From a virus (taxonomy: Duplodnaviria > Caudoviricetes), in the IMG/VR virus record IMGVR_UViG_3300045580_000182, positions 1 to 29,642 of that record: DNA of 29,642 nucleotides; one strand, written 5' to 3'. This document shows positions 25,126 to 29,642 of the stretch, piece by piece. The notes below the pieces were generated by a model, which did not search any database, had not been told where the DNA came from, and saw nothing but the letters and a program-made list of their open reading frames with translations. Each line of letters starts with the position of its first letter. The first letter of the stretch is position 1. The translations under genes were made by a program, and so were the position numbers.

Positions 25126-25335
25126 TCACTTCGGCCGCGTGTCTTCCTTCCACAGCCGCCAGCCCTCCTCGCAAAGCCCCTGCTCCTGGCCGTTCTCGTC
25201 CAGCAATCCGCCGCCGCACTGTTTGCAGGATCGGCAGTGAGCGTCGAACGTCGGCGTAGACGATGGCTTCGGGGCTGGTTCAGGCTTGGCACACCCAGCA
25301 AGGAAGGCTGCGATGAGCAGGGCTGCAACTCTCAT
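25126..25335 (-). CDS. Small lipoprotein
   Basis: MRVAALLIAAFLAG-C lipobox, Pro-rich linker, HCRSCKQC motif. Confidence 0.7.
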   Translation of the reverse strand: MRVAALLIAAFLAGCAKPEPAPKPSSTPTFDAHCRSCKQCGGGLLDENGQEQGLCEEGWRLWKEDTRPK

Positions 25336-25376
25336 GTCGCTACATCCGATTACGTTTCACTGTGGGTGTAGTGCCG

Positions 25377-25799
25377 TCAGCGGCGAATCGCACCACCCAG
25401 CGACGGAGCCACGCCGGGAGCGAGCGTCCCGCCGCCCGACGGGGCTGCGGTGGGCGAGAGCGTGGGCGAGGACGCAGGGGCGGTAGGCTCTGGCGGATCG
25501 GGTGGCAGCAACGCGACGGCATCAGCCCAAGGCAGCACCTCCACCGCAGCGTTCAGCACCGCCTTATCCGCCGCTTCCCACATGGCATGGAGCATCCCGC
25601 CCGGTTCGATCTCAGTCAGCACATCAGCCGACAGCATGAGCCGCCCATCGGTGAGTTGACGCGGCACAGGGCGGCACTTGTTGGAGCCGTGCAGGGCATG
25701 TAACTCCGCGAGCCGACCAGCTAGCTGCGGCGTGAATACCAAGGCGTAACCCCTGGCATCTTCGTAGCTGATCGGGAGCGTGAGGTCACCCAGTGTCAT
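25377..25799 (-). CDS. Hypothetical protein with Pro/Ser/Ala-rich tail
   Basis: 140 aa; ATGA overlap with upstream gene. Confidence 0.7.
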   Translation of the reverse strand: MTLGDLTLPISYEDARGYALVFTPQLAGRLAELHALHGSNKCRPVPRQLTDGRLMLSADVLTEIEPGGMLHAMWEAADKAVLNAAVEVLPWADAVALLPPDPPEPTAPASSPTLSPTAAPSGGGTLAPGVAPSLGGAIRR

Positions 25800-26605
25800 A
25801 TCGCCGATCCGATGGCGTTGTAGAGCGTGGTCAGGCGGCTATCCAGCGAGGCGAGGTTAAGGGATTCGCCGGTCGAATAGAACGAGATTCGGGCATCGGA
25901 CAGAAACTGCGCAGCCGTTCCGTCCGTGCTGCTGCGCGCAAAAACGAAGAAATTGGCAGTAGCGGACGTTTCGCTCGCTTGCGTTATCGTCGTATTTGCT
26001 CCACCGAAACGAATTAGGAACGAAGACGACGACGAGCGCGAAAGTGCGAAGAAGCCAGATAGGGGGTGTCCGAGGTCGCCGGTAATAGTGGCATTGCGGG
26101 AGCGTACCCGATGCGTTCCACCGGAGTCGGCACTGCGGAGTAAAGTAGTCGCCCCAGTCCCCGCGCCGCCGTTTCCGGCATAAATAAGGCTCGCCGTTGC
26201 TTGTTCAGAAGCATAGATAGCCAAGTGGTAGTTGTCTTGCGGATCAGCGTTGCCAGCCCGGTTGCTGTTCAAATACTTAGTGTTTGCGTTTCCTTTGAGG
26301 CCCGTTTTCCGGTTGTAATCGCCGCTGACGAAATTGACGTTCGTTGGTGCCGTACCGACCAGCGGCGTCAACGCGCCGGAAAGCGTCCTGGCCCCCATGA
26401 GCAGGCAGGACGCCTTGATGGCCGACCAGATGCCGTCGGCCTTGCAGCCGACAATGAAGGTGTTGATCGCCAACTGGACGGCAGGCTCTAGCGGCTGGCC
26501 GTCTGCGGTGTTGACCGCGAGAACGTAGGCCCGAGCGTCGGCGTCGGATGCGACGATGGCACTGCCGCTGGCCCTGGGCCGAAGGAGGCGGGGACTCATG
26601 GGCAT
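25796..26605 (-). CDS. Putative virion-associated beta-sandwich (ConA/LamG-like) protein
   Basis: MSPRLLRP N-terminus, GCKADGIW segment, Ser/Thr/Gly-rich lower-GC C-terminal half; fold is a guess. Confidence 0.65.
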   Translation of the reverse strand: MPMSPRLLRPRASGSAIVASDADARAYVLAVNTADGQPLEPAVQLAINTFIVGCKADGIWSAIKASCLLMGARTLSGALTPLVGTAPTNVNFVSGDYNRKTGLKGNANTKYLNSNRAGNADPQDNYHLAIYASEQATASLIYAGNGGAGTGATTLLRSADSGGTHRVRSRNATITGDLGHPLSGFFALSRSSSSSFLIRFGGANTTITQASETSATANFFVFARSSTDGTAAQFLSDARISFYSTGESLNLASLDSRLTTLYNAIGSAI

Positions 26606-26648
26606 GTGCGCTACTCGCTATGGCTTTACAGTAAGGGATGTATGGCCG

Positions 26649-26912
26649 TCAGTTCGTGCCGCTCGTCGCCGGGGCACCGACTCGGGCTTCTCTTGTCGGT
26701 TGTAACGCATAGAGCAAGCGTGTCTGCTCGCTGATCGCTGCGGAAATCTCTTTCTGCGTCTCGGCCACTTCCTTCAAGAAATCACGGTGGGCTGCAACCA
26801 TCGGCACGATGATGTCCTGCCGGCCAACCCACAGCAGGGCACACGCCAGCACCGTGGCGAAGCCGTAGTCCTTGAGGATGCCGAGGAGCGTGTCTTTCGT
26901 CTCTGCCGTCAT
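26649..26912 (-). CDS. Small single-TM protein, holin-like
   Basis: YGFATVLACALLWV hydrophobic segment followed by a coiled-coil. Confidence 0.55.
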   Translation of the reverse strand: MTAETKDTLLGILKDYGFATVLACALLWVGRQDIIVPMVAAHRDFLKEVAETQKEISAAISEQTRLLYALQPTREARVGAPATSGTN

Positions 26913-27271
26913 TTCGTCAACTCATGTTGCCAGACTGCCATCAGTGCCCGGTTCGCTCGCCGGTCCAACCACCATTTGACTAGCCATTGAACCACGGCCA
27001 CCGCCACGGCTTGCAGCAGGAACGCCCAGATAAAGCCGTACTCGGCCGGCTCGCGGCCCGTCGATAGCTGGTGGCCCCGCTTGATGTGATTCAGCAGGGC
27101 GTGCACGTAGACGCCACGCTGCTCGTTGTCCTGGCAGGCCGCGAGGTACTCGCCGGCCCAATTCTCGACGGCCAATGCGACGAAGTCGTTGACAGTGTCG
27201 CGGCCCACCAGCCGCTTGCGGATCGGTGGCAGGGCGGCCCAGCACTGTTCTTGCAGGTCGGCAAGCGTCAT
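26909..27271 (-). CDS. Membrane protein with C-terminal TM segment
   Basis: YGFIWAFLLQAVAVAVVQWLVKWW; ATGA overlaps on both sides. Confidence 0.7.
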   Translation of the reverse strand: MTLADLQEQCWAALPPIRKRLVGRDTVNDFVALAVENWAGEYLAACQDNEQRGVYVHALLNHIKRGHQLSTGREPAEYGFIWAFLLQAVAVAVVQWLVKWWLDRRANRALMAVWQHELTK

Positions 27272-27585
27272 GGGCGGCACTTCCCGTCTGGGCAGATCAC
27301 GACGGGGGCGTGCGTGACAACCGACTTCGGGGTCTTGCCGGTGCCTTGGCACGACGGGCACGTAAACACAGCAATCCCGTCTCCGCTCCGCACCTTGCCG
27401 GTGCCCTTGCAATTTTCGCACTTGTCGCCCGCCGGCTGCGGGGCAGGGCTGGGCGGCATGTGCCGCAACTGCACCACAAGGCGGGCTGTCTCGGCGGCCA
27501 AGTCCGCAGTCACGCTAGGGTCGCCAGCGGGCAGGGTAGCCACGCATCCGACAAACACGACAGCAAAGGCGATCACCCACCGCAT
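27268..27585 (-). CDS. Putative lipoprotein with DnaJ-type zinc finger
   Basis: MRWVIAFAVVFVG-C signal; CENCKGTG and CPSCQGTG (two CxxCxGxG); TGATG overlap. Confidence 0.75.
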   Translation of the reverse strand: MRWVIAFAVVFVGCVATLPAGDPSVTADLAAETARLVVQLRHMPPSPAPQPAGDKCENCKGTGKVRSGDGIAVFTCPSCQGTGKTPKSVVTHAPVVICPDGKCRP

Positions 27586-28517
27586 CACAGCACCCCCTTG
27601 AGCCATCCGGCCTCGGGCATCAGTTCGGGCTGAAAGCCATTGAACCCAGCAACAGCGTAGCTATCGCCACCTCGGCACATCGCGTCGATGACTTCCGCAT
27701 CGACCCAGCCGGCAGACCGCTGCAAGGCTTTCGGTGCCTTCTCGTCAACAGGCCCGTCGTAGCAATCCCCCCAACTATTTGGCACCCTCAAGGCAGGGCG
27801 ATCCCAGCGCAGATCGCAGGCCATCATGCAATGTGCCCACGTCCCCATCGGCGCGAGCCAGCCGCCCCCGAGGCCGGGGTACTCGCGGAACTTCATGGAG
27901 AACCCACGCATCGAACACAGGAACACCGGGTAGCCGTTCGAGATCGCGCGGGCACAGTCATCGAACGACTTGACGAGCGTGACTTCCGCGACCTTGTGAT
28001 TCGCGGCGTACGGCTCAAGGTTGTCGGGTAGCCCTTCGCGCCCGAGCGTCGATTCCTGCACGCCCGAGAGCGGCTTGTCCCACCGCGTGCCGCCGTAGTC
28101 CTGCCCGAAGTGCAGCGTGCCCCAATCGCGGATCGCCTTCGCGGCGTGGTAGCCCGTGCTGCCGTCGCCGCCCATGTTCCGCTTCTGACCGCGAGCCTCG
28201 ACCCGGCTCAAGCCGTACACCACGCCGGGAATACACAGCCCGCCCCATACTTCCGGCTCACGCCGCAAGAGAATGTCGGCCGCCGCAAGGCAGTCCACCG
28301 TCATCGCCGTTCCCCAGCCAACGCAGGAACCGATGGGCTGCGAGCCGCGCTTCCACCCTTTCTCAAGCGTGAGCAATAGCTCCGACAGGCTCACGTCATG
28401 CTTTGCGACCTGAAGCTGCGGGCCGGCCTCGGCCAGCGTCGGGTGCGGCAGGGACGCCACGAACTCGCTCGCCCCGGACGGGTCGGGCGTGTAGCCGAAC
28501 ATCGGGATGAAGGCCAT
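27585..28517 (-). CDS. Papain-like (C1-type) cysteine peptidase
   Basis: QPIGSCVGWG (Gln, Cys), WAHCM (His), PNSWG (Asn) in papain order. Confidence 0.85.
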   Translation of the reverse strand: MAFIPMFGYTPDPSGASEFVASLPHPTLAEAGPQLQVAKHDVSLSELLLTLEKGWKRGSQPIGSCVGWGTAMTVDCLAAADILLRREPEVWGGLCIPGVVYGLSRVEARGQKRNMGGDGSTGYHAAKAIRDWGTLHFGQDYGGTRWDKPLSGVQESTLGREGLPDNLEPYAANHKVAEVTLVKSFDDCARAISNGYPVFLCSMRGFSMKFREYPGLGGGWLAPMGTWAHCMMACDLRWDRPALRVPNSWGDCYDGPVDEKAPKALQRSAGWVDAEVIDAMCRGGDSYAVAGFNGFQPELMPEAGWLKGVL

Positions 28518-28520
28518 CGC

Positions 28521-29135
28521 TCACCCCTTGTTGACGCCAGCCCACGCCATCGCACGGGCGAACTCGGCAAACTGTTTGCGAGTCTCCTTCGTCACCGCCA
28601 CGGTCGCCACGCCCATCGCCTTGACGTAGGCCGCTTCGACCGCCTCACGCAGCTTCTCGTCGCTGCCAGGAACCTTGCCTCCAATCCGCCGCCACGCAAT
28701 GTCGAGCGTCAGCGTCGTGAACAGCCGCAGCGAGCGGGTGTCGGTAAAAGCCACCTCGGTGGCAACGGCATCGCCCTCGACCACGAGCCCCGCCTTGTTC
28801 CACGTTTCAGCCCACATCGCACGATCTACAGCACTGTAGCCACGAAGAGCGGCACCGACGTCAGCGACAACAGCCTGCATCTCGTCACTCGGCGTCTCAA
28901 CCTTGACCGTCACTGAGGGACCAACCGTAACGATGGGCCACATCGGCATCGGCACCTTGCCCCATGCAGCAGCGATCAGCAGAGCCGCCGCCGCAAGCCG
29001 CATCAGCAGGCCGGCTTTTTCTTTTGCGGCTTCCAGACCACGCGACGCTGCGGCTTGGATTTGTGCCCGGTAGGGAGCAGCGAGTAGAGCCGCCGCAGCA
29101 AGGACGGCAGCGACACGAATGCCGTTGTCATTCAC
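28521..29135 (-). CDS. Membrane-anchored protein
   Basis: GTG 29135 in GTGA overlap; two N-terminal hydrophobic segments. Confidence 0.7.
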   Translation of the reverse strand: MNDNGIRVAAVLAAAALLAAPYRAQIQAAASRGLEAAKEKAGLLMRLAAAALLIAAAWGKVPMPMWPIVTVGPSVTVKVETPSDEMQAVVADVGAALRGYSAVDRAMWAETWNKAGLVVEGDAVATEVAFTDTRSLRLFTTLTLDIAWRRIGGKVPGSDEKLREAVEAAYVKAMGVATVAVTKETRKQFAEFARAMAWAGVNKG

Positions 29136-29437
29136 TTCCGCATCCCTTCGATCTTTGCTGCGAACCACCGTACGAGCTTTTCGCCTTCCTTGGTTTTCAG
29201 CACGTCGGCAATGTGCCGCACCAGTTCGTCGTCTAGGCCGCTGTCGGTCTTGCTTGCGAGCCATTCGGCACACTCCCCCACAATCACCGCACGGGCGAAC
29301 GGATCGGCAGAGCCGAGATACCGCTGGGCATAGGTCAGGATCGGCGACCACGCCTGCACCAGGGCGATCTTCTCCCAGATCGTGAGGTTCGCGCCGTACT
29401 GCCCGATCTCTTCGGGCGTCATCTCAAAAGCGGGCAT
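29132..29437 (-). CDS. Hypothetical protein
   Basis: 101 aa; AGGAGG RBS. Confidence 0.75.
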   Translation of the reverse strand: MPAFEMTPEEIGQYGANLTIWEKIALVQAWSPILTYAQRYLGSADPFARAVIVGECAEWLASKTDSGLDDELVRHIADVLKTKEGEKLVRWFAAKIEGMRK

Positions 29438-29454
29438 GGGGGCACCTCCTGCGT

Positions 29455-29640
29455 CTATTCCGTTGTCGCAGGCGGTTCCCCCTCCCTTGCAGCCTCGTCC
29501 GGGTAGCCGTTGATGGTGTCGTTCAGCCAGTCGTAGAGCATCGAATACAGATCGACCACCTCGGCCACGGCATCCTGCTTGTCGAGGCGGAAGTCAAAGG
29601 CGAAATGGTCGAAGTCCAGCACCGCCCCGTTCGCGTCGCA
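29455..29640 (-). CDS. 3' end of an acidic hypothetical protein (enters from outside the window)
   Basis: Open frame CDANGAVLDFDHFAFDFRLDKQDAVAEVVDLYSMLYDWLND...TTE*. Confidence 0.55.
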   Translation of the reverse strand, partial: CDANGAVLDFDHFAFDFRLDKQDAVAEVVDLYSMLYDWLNDTINGYPDEAAREGEPPATTE

Positions 29641-29642
29641 CC

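Larger units (their letters stand above)
20393..25373. repeat. Dispersed 21-bp imperfect inverted repeat, consensus CGCTAC-N9-GTAGCG
   Basis: Copies at 20393, 21615, 22061, 22965, 23331, 24733; degenerate copy at 25353; N11 variant at 22384. Confidence 0.65.

Noticed and set aside
20393-25373. CRISPR array interpretation of the dispersed repeats
   Set aside because: Repeats are short, degenerate and separated by whole genes at irregular distances; no cas genes
1-29642. Integrase, repressor, attachment sites or host genes
   Set aside because: None recognised, so prophage versus free phage cannot be decided from this window

Overview
A ~29.6 kb piece of a high-GC tailed phage or prophage with HK97-like siphovirus organisation. 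Essentially all real genes are on the minus strand. In transcription order (right to left): a putative lysis/envelope cluster (membrane proteins, papain-like protease, DnaJ-Zn-finger lipoprotein, holin-like protein); a mosaic accessory region of small ORFs (two DUF551-like genes, a tRNA-Tyr-like RNA, a DNA methyltransferase); two HNH nucleases; terS, terL, portal, prohead protease, major capsid; head-tail genes; tail tube-like genes; a frameshifted chaperone; tape measure; and small tail-tip and Cys-rich genes. A Planctomycetota-like host is only an impression from gene content. Most notable: (1) terL is split just before Walker A by a 49-nt insert made of a 45-nt hairpin flanked by matched CTG codons, a candidate translational-bypass element; (2) integron attC-like sites bracket antisense-oriented cassettes; (3) a CGCTAC-N9-GTAGCG-type inverted repeat recurs at accessory-gene junctions; (4) the portal is fused to a HAD-like domain and a glycosyltransferase sits in the head module; (5) a short-spaced TTGAC-N7/8-YAnnnT promoter-like motif recurs. 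All calls were made by eye, without database searches.
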